Origin: Acutalibacteraceae bacterium
Lineage (GTDB): Bacteria > Bacillota > Clostridia > Lachnospirales > Lachnospiraceae
Reading direction: 5' to 3'
Length of the DNA: 64,000 nt
NCBI GenBank assembly: GCA_963586665.1
Contig: CAVABC010000005.1
Coordinates: 1,781 to 65,780 of the forward strand
Positions 10,696 through 20,027 of this stretch are shown one piece after another. Position numbers and translations under genes: made by a program. The first letter of the stretch is position 1. Every line of letters begins with the position of its first letter. The notes under the pieces are model-generated. The model was given only the letters and a program-made list of their open reading frames with translations, made no database searches and was not told the DNA's origin.

Positions 10696-11934
10696 ATGAA
10701 TCAGTCAAACTGTATCGTCGCCCAGTCAGGCGGCCCAACCGTTGCAATAAACGCCAGCTTAGCCGGTGTTATCTCGGGTGTCATGAATTCATCCGAATAC
10801 GATATCTGCTATGGTTCCATAAACGGAATCCTTGGTATCTTAAATGAAAATTATCTCAATCTCACAGATATTTTTTCAGATGAGGAAAACCTGCAGAAGC
10901 TAAAGACCACACCTGCGATGTACCTTGGCTCTTGCAGACACAAGCTCCCTGATTACAAAGATGACGATTCACCATATGTGTTCATCTTCCACCAGTTTGA
11001 CAAGCTTGGTATCAAAGCTTTCTTTTATATAGGTGGAAATGATTCCATGGACACTGTATTAAAGTTATCCGATTACGCGAAAAAAATCAACAGTCCTGTC
11101 AAAATTATCGGTATTCCAAAAACTATCGACAATGACCTTTGCATGACTGACCACACCCCGGGCTTTGGCTCAGCCGCCAAATATATCGCTTCAAGCATGC
11201 TCGAGATCGCTCATGATACATTTATCTATGCCGTAAAAAGCGTAACTATCGTGGAGATCATGGGACGTGACGCAGGCTGGCTTACCGCAGCCGCAGCACT
11301 CGCGCGAAACGGATACAGCTCAGCTCCCCAGTTTATATATCTGCCGGAGGTGGATTTCGACAAGGATAAATTTATCTCTGACATCAAAAAAGCCCTTACA
11401 ACCACAAACAATGTAATTGTTGCAGTTTCAGAGGGCATACATGACGCAGATGGATCATACATTACATCATCAGAGTCTGTTGCAGACCAGTTCGGTCATC
11501 AGCAGTTAAGCGGTGCAGGAAAAGCCCTCGAGTTCATCGTAAAAGAAAATATCGGTGTAAAAGTACGCTCGGTTGAGATCAATGTACTCCAGAGATGTGC
11601 CTCACACCTTGCTTCCCTTACAGATATCGAGGAATCCTTTGCACAGGGACAAAAGGGTGTAGAGCTTGCCGCAGCCGGCATAACAGCCTCTATGGTATGC
11701 TTAAAACGCACCTCAAACGATCCTTACACTGTAGAGTATACCTACTCTGCCATAAAGGATATCGCAAACGAGGCTAAATCGGTTCCAAGAGAATGGATAA
11801 ACGAGGAAGGAAACGATATCTGTGCTCCTCTTATCGAATATCTTACCCCTCTGATCCAGGGAGAAGTACCTGTCTCATACAAAAACGGTCTCCCTGATTA
11901 CATGGATGTGTCCCATCTTCATAAAAACCAGTAA
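10696..11934 (+). CDS. pfkA: 6-phosphofructokinase, probably PPi-dependent type
   Basis: QSGGPT, GGNDS (Asp typical of PPi-type), PKTIDND, VEIMGRDAGW. Confidence 0.9.
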   Translation: MNQSNCIVAQSGGPTVAINASLAGVISGVMNSSEYDICYGSINGILGILNENYLNLTDIFSDEENLQKLKTTPAMYLGSCRHKLPDYKDDDSPYVFIFHQFDKLGIKAFFYIGGNDSMDTVLKLSDYAKKINSPVKIIGIPKTIDNDLCMTDHTPGFGSAAKYIASSMLEIAHDTFIYAVKSVTIVEIMGRDAGWLTAAAALARNGYSSAPQFIYLPEVDFDKDKFISDIKKALTTTNNVIVAVSEGIHDADGSYITSSESVADQFGHQQLSGAGKALEFIVKENIGVKVRSVEINVLQRCASHLASLTDIEESFAQGQKGVELAAAGITASMVCLKRTSNDPYTVEYTYSAIKDIANEAKSVPREWINEEGNDICAPLIEYLTPLIQGEVPVSYKNGLPDYMDVSHLHKNQ

Positions 11935-11961
11935 TACTTAACATCAGGAGGTCTATCTTAC

Positions 11962-13398
11962 ATGAAGAAAAAAGTATTAATAGCATGTGCAGCCGTTTGC
12001 GGTGTGCTCTTAGCTGTTTATCTTGGTTTTGCGTTGTATTTCAATAGCCACTACCTGTGGCATACAAAGATCAACTCCGTAAAATACAGTGGAAAAACCG
12101 CAGATCAGGCAGTTGAGCGCAACACAGAGCTAAGCCGCGACTACATGCTTACAATAACAGATCGAAAAGGCAACACATTTTCACTGAAAGGACCTGACTT
12201 TTCCTATGAATATGTCTCAACCGGTGATGAGGAAAAAATCCTCAAGTCACAGAATGCTTTTACATGGCCTGCAAGCATTTTCAAATCTTACAGCTATGAT
12301 CTGAAAGCCTCATCCAAATATGATGATACAAAGCTTGAGGAACAGTTAAAGGCTCTTGACATATTCAGTGATGATTATATCGAGGAGCCTGAGGATGCCC
12401 GCATCGAGATAAGCGACGGCAGCTACAGTGTGATAGATGAAAAGCCCGGCAACAAGCCTATTTATGACCAGATACTTGCCGAAGTCAAGAACTGCCTGGA
12501 TGATGAAGTCTCAGAGCTTACTCTCAGTGATGACTGCTACGAGACTCCTGCCGTTACCACAGACAGTGAGGTTATCACAACAGAAAAAGATGCTCTCGAC
12601 AAATACACCTCAGCCACAGTGACCTATGACATAGAAGGTGCCGATGAGAAGCTTGATTCCGCCAAGATCCTTGATATGTTAAATATCGGTGACGATGGCT
12701 CAGTTTCCATTGATGATGAAAAAGTGACAAAATATGTCCAGTATCTTGCTTCTACCTACAACACCTACGGACGCAAGCGTTCTTTTAAAACATCATCCGG
12801 TGACACTATAGAGATCGGTGGTGGTGACTACGGATGGGTTGTCAGCAAGAAAAATGAAAAGGCACAGCTCCTTGAGGATCTCGAGGGAGGAAAGCCGGTA
12901 GAGCGAGAACCTGTTTACGAGCAGACTGCACTTTACCGCGGTGCCGATGATATCGGTAATACATATATAGAGATCGACTACACCAAACAGCACATGTGGT
13001 ACTACAAAGACGGTTCTCTGGTGATGGAGTCTGATATTGTATCCGGAAACCTCTCAAGCAGCAATGGCTCAGTCGATGGAGTATATAAGATTGTATACAA
13101 ACAGCAGGATGCCACTCTTGTCGGTGAGGGCTACTCTTCACCTGTAAACTATTTCATGCCTTTTGCATACAATATCGGTATTCACGATGCAAGCTGGAGA
13201 AGCTCTTTCGGTGGCGATATCTATAAGACTTCCGGCTCGCATGGATGTATCAATGTGCCGCCTGCTTTTGCAGAGTCACTTTTCAATGCGGTCGATAAGG
13301 GTACTCCAGTTGTTGCTTATTACAGGGAGGATGTCACGCTGACGAATAATGCGGCGAAGATGTCGAATGCGTATTCTTATAAGGCGCAGGAGCAGTAA
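11962..13398 (+). CDS. L,D-transpeptidase with N-terminal anchor and PG-binding_4-like domains
   Basis: YkuD catalytic motif IGIHDA...GSHGCIN; N-terminal TM helix. Confidence 0.9.
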   Translation: MKKKVLIACAAVCGVLLAVYLGFALYFNSHYLWHTKINSVKYSGKTADQAVERNTELSRDYMLTITDRKGNTFSLKGPDFSYEYVSTGDEEKILKSQNAFTWPASIFKSYSYDLKASSKYDDTKLEEQLKALDIFSDDYIEEPEDARIEISDGSYSVIDEKPGNKPIYDQILAEVKNCLDDEVSELTLSDDCYETPAVTTDSEVITTEKDALDKYTSATVTYDIEGADEKLDSAKILDMLNIGDDGSVSIDDEKVTKYVQYLASTYNTYGRKRSFKTSSGDTIEIGGGDYGWVVSKKNEKAQLLEDLEGGKPVEREPVYEQTALYRGADDIGNTYIEIDYTKQHMWYYKDGSLVMESDIVSGNLSSSNGSVDGVYKIVYKQQDATLVGEGYSSPVNYFMPFAYNIGIHDASWRSSFGGDIYKTSGSHGCINVPPAFAESLFNAVDKGTPVVAYYREDVTLTNNAAKMSNAYSYKAQEQ

Positions 13399-13416
13399 AA
13401 TTCCAGCTTATATTTC

Positions 13417-13851
13417 TTGGCTGATGCCACGGGGAGGCTATGGAGTATTTCTACGCCCCTTCCGAAAAAAAGTACCACACAGAGCTAGCGCTACGCTGCC
13501 AAGTCTCTGTACGAATTATGTTTTAATTGGTTTAATTATGACGCAAACGGCTTTACGCGCCCTCCATGGCGCGACACCGCCTTGCCCCGGCTTCCATGCC
13601 GGGGCATTGCTGTTTTATAGACATAATTCTACACAGACTAAGCAGCTTCGCTAATCGCTTCTGCGTGGTGCTTTTTTTCGACAGGGGCGATTGAAGTGTT
13701 GTGCAACCTCCCCTTACTCTATGAAAAAAGTTTCTGTCAATTTTTTCATATCTCCTCAGCGTAAGGAAATGCCGCCTCCTACACCTCTTGGACAAGCGAT
13801 TTACGCAGTTCCAAGAGGTGTAGGAGGCGGCATTTCCGTAGACTCAGCCAA
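13417..13851. repeat. ~435-bp nested foldback element (MITE/REP-like DNA or structured RNA)
   Basis: Terminal TTGGCTGA/TCAGCCAA; long imperfect stem 13431-13520 with 13621-13713; perfect 28-bp stem 13765-13792 with 13810-13837. Confidence 0.75.
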
Positions 13852-13868
13852 CAACTATGCAAAAAGCA

Positions 13869-15629
13869 TTACGCAAACTGGCTATTATACAGATTAGCAT
13901 AAAATCCATTTGCCGCAAGCAGGCTCTCATGATTGCCCTGCTCGATGATCTTTCCATCTTTCATAACGAGGATGATATCAGCCTCCCTGATAGTGGACAG
14001 ACGATGCGCTACGATGAAGCTTGTTCTGCCTTTCATCATTGTAAGGAAAGCCTTCTGAATCTTGATCTCTGTTCTGGTATCGATAGATGATGTAGCCTCA
14101 TCAAGAATCAGCATTGGTGGCAGACACAGCATAACACGTGTGATACAGAGAAGCTGCTTCTGTCCCTGCGACAGGTTGCCGCCATCCTCAGCGATAACGG
14201 TATCGTAGCCTTTCGGCAGACGTCTGATAAAGCTATGTGCATGTGATGCCTTTGCTGCTGCGATGATCTCCTCGTCTGTAGCATCAGGTTTACCCATGAT
14301 GATATTTTCCTTGATAGTTCCTTTTTTAAGCCATGTCTCCTGAAGCACCATTCCGTAGTTGCTTCGCAGGCTCTCGCGGGTGATTTCCCTTATATCGTGA
14401 CTGCTTACCTTGATCTGTCCGCTGTTTACATCATAAAATCGCATGAGCAGATTTATTATCGTAGTCTTTCCACAGCCTGTAGGTCCTACGATGGCTACTC
14501 TCTGTCCCGGCTCTACGTGGAGGTTAAAGTCCTCAATGAGCTTTTTGTCAGGCACATATGAGAAGTATACATCCTCGATATCCACACGGCCGTCTGCCTG
14601 AACGAGTGTTACGGCATCTGCGTTGTCAGGTATCTCCTGCTCTTCCTCGATAAGCTCAAAGATACGTGCTGCACAGGCGAGCGCGTTCTGAAGCTCTGTG
14701 ATGACGCCTGAGATCTCGTTAAACGGCTTTGTGTACTGGTTTGCATATGACAGGAAGCAGGAAAGCTGTCCTACCGTGATACCGCCTGCAAGCGCGCTCA
14801 TAGCTCCGAATACACCTACACCGGCATACACGATACTGTTTACGAATCGAGTGCTTGGGTTTGTAAGACTTGAGAAAAATGTAGCACGCAGTGAGCATTT
14901 CTGCAATCTGTCGTTTATCTCATCAAACTGCTCAAGTGCCTCATCCTCATGGCTGAATGCCTGTACTACCTTCTGGTTTCCGACGATCTCATCTATGAGA
15001 GCTGTCTGCTCACCTCTTGTTTTGGTCTGTAACTGGAACATAGAGTAAGTCTTTTTTGTGATAAAGCTTGCCACGAACAGTGAAAGAGGTGTGATAAGCA
15101 CTACTATAAGTGATATTTTCACATCTATGGTAAGCATGAAGATCAGTGTACCGGCTATGGTGGCGATACCTGTAAAAAGCTGTGTAAATCCCATCAGAAG
15201 TCCTTCTGAGAATGTGTCTACATCAGCGATGATACGGCTTACCATGTCACCGTGTGAATGGCTGTCGATATATGAAAGAGGCATTTTTTCGATATTTAAA
15301 AATGCATCACGTCTTATGTCTCTTACGATATTATAGGTCATTTTGTTGTTGCAGATATTGGTAAGCCACTGTGCCGCTGCCGCGATCACAACGATCACTG
15401 CCGCTTTGGTCAGTATGCCTCTCATTCCTGCAAAATCCACCTCTCCCTTTCCTATGATAAGGTCGATCGCACGTCCTGTAAGGATCGGGAAATAAAGTGT
15501 AAGTGCAACTGTAACTATTGAAAGTGCCAGCGAAAGGATCAGCACCGGAATATATCTTTTCATATATCCGAGTACCTTCATCATGGTGCTCATCTTGCTT
15601 TTTTTCTTTGTGTTTTTATTCTCTGCCAT
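13869..15629 (-). CDS. ABC exporter, permease/ATPase fusion (heterodimer subunit)
   Basis: TM domain, GPTGCGKT, LSQGQ, ILDEATS. Confidence 0.95.
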   Translation of the reverse strand: MAENKNTKKKSKMSTMMKVLGYMKRYIPVLILSLALSIVTVALTLYFPILTGRAIDLIIGKGEVDFAGMRGILTKAAVIVVIAAAAQWLTNICNNKMTYNIVRDIRRDAFLNIEKMPLSYIDSHSHGDMVSRIIADVDTFSEGLLMGFTQLFTGIATIAGTLIFMLTIDVKISLIVVLITPLSLFVASFITKKTYSMFQLQTKTRGEQTALIDEIVGNQKVVQAFSHEDEALEQFDEINDRLQKCSLRATFFSSLTNPSTRFVNSIVYAGVGVFGAMSALAGGITVGQLSCFLSYANQYTKPFNEISGVITELQNALACAARIFELIEEEQEIPDNADAVTLVQADGRVDIEDVYFSYVPDKKLIEDFNLHVEPGQRVAIVGPTGCGKTTIINLLMRFYDVNSGQIKVSSHDIREITRESLRSNYGMVLQETWLKKGTIKENIIMGKPDATDEEIIAAAKASHAHSFIRRLPKGYDTVIAEDGGNLSQGQKQLLCITRVMLCLPPMLILDEATSSIDTRTEIKIQKAFLTMMKGRTSFIVAHRLSTIREADIILVMKDGKIIEQGNHESLLAANGFYANLYNSQFA

Positions 15630-15633
15630 GATC

Positions 15634-17382
15634 TTATGCCTCCTTTCCTGCTGTCATATCCGACTCTTTTTTAAACTGTGAATCGTAGATCTCTTTGTAA
15701 GTCTCACAGTTCTTAAGCAGCTCATCATGAGTGCCGAAGCCTACCATCTGTCCATCATCAAGCACAACGATATTGTCTGCAAACTGGATAGATGATGTAC
15801 GCTGCGATACGATAAATATGGTCTTGTCTCCATGCATCTGCTTTAATGCCGCACGAAGCTTTGCATCTGTTGCAAAATCAAGTGCTGATGCACTGTCATC
15901 AAGTATGAGTATGTCAGGGTTCTTTACTACAGCTCTTGCGATTGTAAGCCTCTGCTTCTGTCCACCTGAGAGGTTCTTTCCGCCCTGCTCGATCTCATAG
16001 TTTAATCCGCCCTCTTTGCCTTTTACGACCTCTGTAGCCTGTGCCACCTCGAGAGCTTTCCACATTTCTTCCTCTGTGGCATCATTTTTGCCCCAGCTTA
16101 AGTTTTCTGCTATCGTGCCCTTAAAAAGCACTGCTTTTTGCATTACAACACCGATCTTGTCGCGAAGCTGTACGGTTGGATAATCTTTTACATCATTGCC
16201 TTCTATCCTTACAGCACCGCCTGATACGTCATAGAAACGCGGAACGAGGTTTACAAGGCTTGATTTTCCTGATCCTGTTCCTCCGATGATACCGATAGTC
16301 TGACCTTTCTGTACCTTGAAGCTTATGTCTGTCAGAGTCTCCTCTGATGCTCCCTCGTAGGTCATGCATACATGGTCGAACTCTACCTCAGGCACACCTG
16401 TCTTTGCATCGATATACCGTGGATTCTGCTCCGTGAACTCTGATGGTATATCAAGTACATCTGCTATACGGTTGCCGCAGGCTACTGCCTTTGTCACCTG
16501 TACGATAAGGTTTGCAAGCTTTATCAGCTCAACAAGTATCTGTGACATATAGTTTACGAGCGCGACCACCTCACCCTGTGTGATTATTCCTGCAAATACC
16601 TGCTTTCCACTCGAGAAGATAACTGCTATTGTAGCTATATTTATAATGATAAATGTAAGAGGATTTGTCAGTGCCGATATCCTTCCTACTACAAGCTGCA
16701 TGGATGTAAGCAGTGTGTTGTCTGCGTTAAATGCCTCAATCTCATCCTCCTGCTTGTTGAAAGCCCTGATGACACGTGTTCCCTCTAAGTTTTCCCTTGT
16801 GTGTCCGAGTACCGTATCAAGTCCGCTCTGTACTTTTTTATAGAGCGGGATTGTTGCTACCATGACCGAAAATACTACTATTGAAAGCAACGGTATGGTA
16901 ACTACGAATACGAGTGCCGCCCTGACATTTACTGTAAATGCCATGACCATTGCACCGAATACGATAAACGGTGAACGAAGGAATAATCTTAACACTAAGT
17001 TTACTCCCGACTGCACCTGATTGATATCACTGGTCATTCTCGTGATGAGTGTCGATGTTCCGACTGTGTCCATCTTTGAGAACGAAAGTGACTCGATCTT
17101 TTCAAACAGCACGTGGCGCAACTTAGTCGAAAATCCGACTGCTGCTTTTGCCGCAAAATACTGCGCTGTGACAGAGCTTGTCAGTCCGATTGCCGCAAGC
17201 AGTACGAGCACTCCGCCCATCTTCCAGATGTATGGTCGGTCAGAAGTTGCTATACCACTGTCGATGATCGCTGCCATTACAAGAGGCACTATAAGCTCAA
17301 AGGAAGCCTCGAGCAGTTTAAAAAGCGGAGCACATATACATTCTTTTTTGTACTCCTTAAGATACGTTAGAATTCTTTTCAT
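15634..17382 (-). CDS. ABC exporter, permease/ATPase fusion (degenerate-site subunit)
   Basis: GGTGSGKS, LSGGQ, ILDDSAS (Asp replaces catalytic Glu), SQR; start taken as ATG 17382. Confidence 0.93.
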   Translation of the reverse strand: MKRILTYLKEYKKECICAPLFKLLEASFELIVPLVMAAIIDSGIATSDRPYIWKMGGVLVLLAAIGLTSSVTAQYFAAKAAVGFSTKLRHVLFEKIESLSFSKMDTVGTSTLITRMTSDINQVQSGVNLVLRLFLRSPFIVFGAMVMAFTVNVRAALVFVVTIPLLSIVVFSVMVATIPLYKKVQSGLDTVLGHTRENLEGTRVIRAFNKQEDEIEAFNADNTLLTSMQLVVGRISALTNPLTFIIINIATIAVIFSSGKQVFAGIITQGEVVALVNYMSQILVELIKLANLIVQVTKAVACGNRIADVLDIPSEFTEQNPRYIDAKTGVPEVEFDHVCMTYEGASEETLTDISFKVQKGQTIGIIGGTGSGKSSLVNLVPRFYDVSGGAVRIEGNDVKDYPTVQLRDKIGVVMQKAVLFKGTIAENLSWGKNDATEEEMWKALEVAQATEVVKGKEGGLNYEIEQGGKNLSGGQKQRLTIARAVVKNPDILILDDSASALDFATDAKLRAALKQMHGDKTIFIVSQRTSSIQFADNIVVLDDGQMVGFGTHDELLKNCETYKEIYDSQFKKESDMTAGKEA

Positions 17383-17663
17383 CGCCTTACCCTTTTCTAT
17401 TGTTATTATATTTTGTATTGAAAAATTGCAGCTTGCATTTTGCAACTGTAAAGATACTTAAAACTTAAACAGTTACGAAAAATCTTAAATCCGCTAATTT
17501 CTTATTATATATGAAATTGTACGCTACCGCAAGACGCAGCGGTTGGTGTTTATTATATATTCGCACCATCTTTGATCTACATTGTGGCGCATAGCTTGAC
17601 AGAGTGGTATCTAACCTGCGTCTGAACAGCCGTACAAAAAACACATAACTATTTATGCTCACG

Positions 17664-17692
17664 AAAAAAGACCGGTGCATATGCACCGGTCT
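17664..17692 (-). terminator. Rho-independent terminator of the DtxR-family gene
   Basis: AGACCGGTGC-ATAT-GCACCGGTCT followed by a U-run on the minus strand. Confidence 0.85.
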
Positions 17693-17723
17693 GCCGTACT
17701 ATCTACCAGCTTTGTACTGTATA

Positions 17724-18104
17724 CTATAGCTTATGTACATGATCTTTAATTGCCTGAAAACTTTCCGGACTGATGACATGCTCGATACGGCATGCGTCCT
17801 CTGTAGCGATCTCTTTGTCCACTCCGAGCTTGACAAGACATTCTGATAAAAGTTCATGTCTTTCATATATCATCTCAGCGATCTGCTTACCTGACTCTGT
17901 CAGTGTAATAAAGCCTGCATCACTTACTGTGATGTTTCCCTTTTCCCTAAGGTTCTTCATAGCTATACTCACACTTGATTTCTTGAATCCCAGCTCATTG
18001 GCAATATCGACAGCACGTACCACCGGAAGCTTCTCGCTAAGGATAAGTATAGTCTCTAAATAGTTTTCTGATGATTCATTGCTTCTCATTTCTATTACCC
18101 CCAT
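17724..18104 (-). CDS. DtxR/MntR-family metal-dependent transcriptional repressor
   Basis: ENYLETI, HTH (VDIANELGFKKSSVS), ERHE, EDACRIEHVIS metal ligands; start may be ATG 18089. Confidence 0.92.
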   Translation of the reverse strand: MGVIEMRSNESSENYLETILILSEKLPVVRAVDIANELGFKKSSVSIAMKNLREKGNITVSDAGFITLTESGKQIAEMIYERHELLSECLVKLGVDKEIATEDACRIEHVISPESFQAIKDHVHKL

Positions 18105-18234
18105 GAGTATTTATTTTTGTATTTTTGCATAAATGTATTACTGCTGTTAGCATTATACCATATATTGTGGCTTTTGCGTCATATTTTTGCAAAATAATAA
18201 TTTTTATAATTTTTTAACTTTTTTCGTATAGTTG

Positions 18235-18267
18235 TTGACAACTAATATCAGTTAGGTTATACTAACT
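18235..18267 (+). promoter_or_regulatory. sigmaA promoter overlapped by a DtxR-type palindrome
   Basis: TTGACA (18235-18240), 17 bp, TATACT (18258-18263); AGTTAG-gttata-CTAACT at 18250-18267. Confidence 0.8.
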
Positions 18268-18269
18268 AT

Positions 18270-18350
18270 CGAATCAGAAACAAAACGTATGCATGATATT
18301 TGTATGCCATAAATGTTCAATAAAAGACCGGCTGATCACCGGTCTTTTTT
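18270..18350 (+). ncRNA. Candidate ~80-nt small RNA
   Basis: Lies between the promoter above and a terminator with plus-strand U6; no RBS-led ORF. Confidence 0.45.
18322..18350. terminator. Bidirectional intrinsic terminator
   Basis: AAAAGACCGG-ctgatca-CCGGTCTTTTTT. Confidence 0.85.
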
Positions 18351-18353
18351 ATG

Positions 18354-20027
18354 TTACTTCTTGATAAATTTTTCTTTGAATTCTTCCTTTGGACAAGGTT
18401 TGCTGTAATAATAACCCTGTATGAAGTTTGGCTTCATCCTGTTTAGTGTGTCAAGTTCATCTTTTGTTTCCACACCCTCGAGACAGATCTTTAAGTCTAT
18501 GCTATGTACAAGTTCTATGATATTTGCCATAAGCTGATTTTCATAAGTGTGTGACAAGGCTTTTACCGTAAATCCCCTGTCTATCTTTATGATATCCGGT
18601 GCAAGCTGGCTGATGCTTGAAAGATTTGAATATCCTGTTCCAAAATCATCTATCGCAATAAGGAAACCGAATTTCTTCAATCTGTCCCACATCTTTCTGA
18701 CTATAGCTGTATCCTCAAGATAACCGCTCTCCGTCATCTCGATAATGATGCTGTCAGGACTTACACCGTAATCAGCGATGGAATTTAAAGCATCGTTTAA
18801 CACCTGACTTTTTAAAATCTGTACGTATGACAGATTGATGCTGACTTTAAAGCGTGGATATATCTTCTGGCACTCTTTGCACATACACGCAGCCCTGTCA
18901 AATATCCATTTGCCAACAGGTATGATAAGTCCACTCTCCTCAAGGATCGGGATAAATTCAACCGGTGAGACATGCTCCCCTGTGCTGGTCTTATACCTAA
19001 GCAGGCTTTCTGCTGCAAACAGGCTTACATCATCTTTTCCTCCTGTCATGATCGGTTGGAATACAAGTTCAAATCCCTTGCAGTTGTCAGCCACGGATTT
19101 TCGCATATCAATAAGCAGATCTCTTCTGCGTAAAAATCTGTCATAATCCTCCTGATCAAACACGTAAAACTGGTTCTTTCCCATCTTGCGCGCCTCACCG
19201 AGTGCAAACTCGGAGTATTTCATGACATCCTCATAACCCGGCTTTCCCATCTTCTGATATGAGATGATACCAGCCGATATGGTGTATACCAGGTCATAAT
19301 TGTCCTTCTGGATCTCAAGTTCTATCTCACGACGTATCCTGCGGTATAGTTCGTAGATCTCCTCTTTTGTATCCCTGCCGCCTTTATCTATGATGATATA
19401 CTCCTCAGATACTATATGGTATGCCGACTGATGATCGTTTAAGCATCTGCGAATACACTCCGAAACCACCTCTATGACATGATTGCCGTAATCCCTGCCA
19501 TAAGTCTGATTGATACCCTCAAAGCCATCTATGCCTATGCGAAGTATCCATCCTGTAGACGGATCGTAAAGCGCATTGTCAAGTGCCTGCTGTATGGCGG
19601 TACTCTGCATAAAACCACTCACATTGTCAGCCTTTGCCTCAAGTCCGATCTCATTTACGCAGCCTATCATATATTTTGGCTTTCCAAATCCATCCTTTAT
19701 GACGCGTCCGCGGCAGTTGATCCATACAGGCTTTTGATCATGATCGAGCCAGCGGTACTCCATATTGTGTTCATCCTTGTCACCGCGTATCATGGCACTC
19801 AGATCATCTACAAGCATCTGCTGGTCTTCTTTATAGACAAACTTTGAGTGTGTCTTTTGCACATCATTAAACAGGCATTTTGGCACTGCAAACCTCTCGA
19901 GTGCCTTTTTCGAAATAAAATACCTGTCATTTTGCAGATCATATACATATGGATAATCATCCATACACGGTGAAAATTCTGTTATTACTTCGCAAAACTG
20001 CTCAAAAGAAAAATCGTCTTTACCCAT
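18354..20027 (-). CDS. PAS + degenerate GGDEF + EAL protein (probable c-di-GMP phosphodiesterase)
   Basis: PAS_3-like N-terminus (EYRW..WINCRG); GGDEF replaced by VSEEY; ESLLR, DDFGTGYS, IKIDR, EGVET, QGYYYSKP. Confidence 0.88.
   Translation of the reverse strand: MGKDDFSFEQFCEVITEFSPCMDDYPYVYDLQNDRYFISKKALERFAVPKCLFNDVQKTHSKFVYKEDQQMLVDDLSAMIRGDKDEHNMEYRWLDHDQKPVWINCRGRVIKDGFGKPKYMIGCVNEIGLEAKADNVSGFMQSTAIQQALDNALYDPSTGWILRIGIDGFEGINQTYGRDYGNHVIEVVSECIRRCLNDHQSAYHIVSEEYIIIDKGGRDTKEEIYELYRRIRREIELEIQKDNYDLVYTISAGIISYQKMGKPGYEDVMKYSEFALGEARKMGKNQFYVFDQEDYDRFLRRRDLLIDMRKSVADNCKGFELVFQPIMTGGKDDVSLFAAESLLRYKTSTGEHVSPVEFIPILEESGLIIPVGKWIFDRAACMCKECQKIYPRFKVSINLSYVQILKSQVLNDALNSIADYGVSPDSIIIEMTESGYLEDTAIVRKMWDRLKKFGFLIAIDDFGTGYSNLSSISQLAPDIIKIDRGFTVKALSHTYENQLMANIIELVHSIDLKICLEGVETKDELDTLNRMKPNFIQGYYYSKPCPKEEFKEKFIKK

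Noticed and set aside
13349..13897. Short ORFs across the foldback element, or a transposase
   Set aside because: No RBS or recognisable motif; open frames are explained by the palindromic sequence
17465..17686. 73-aa ORF, or 6S RNA
   Set aside because: No RBS; the structured part is ~120 nt and lacks a clear 6S central bubble
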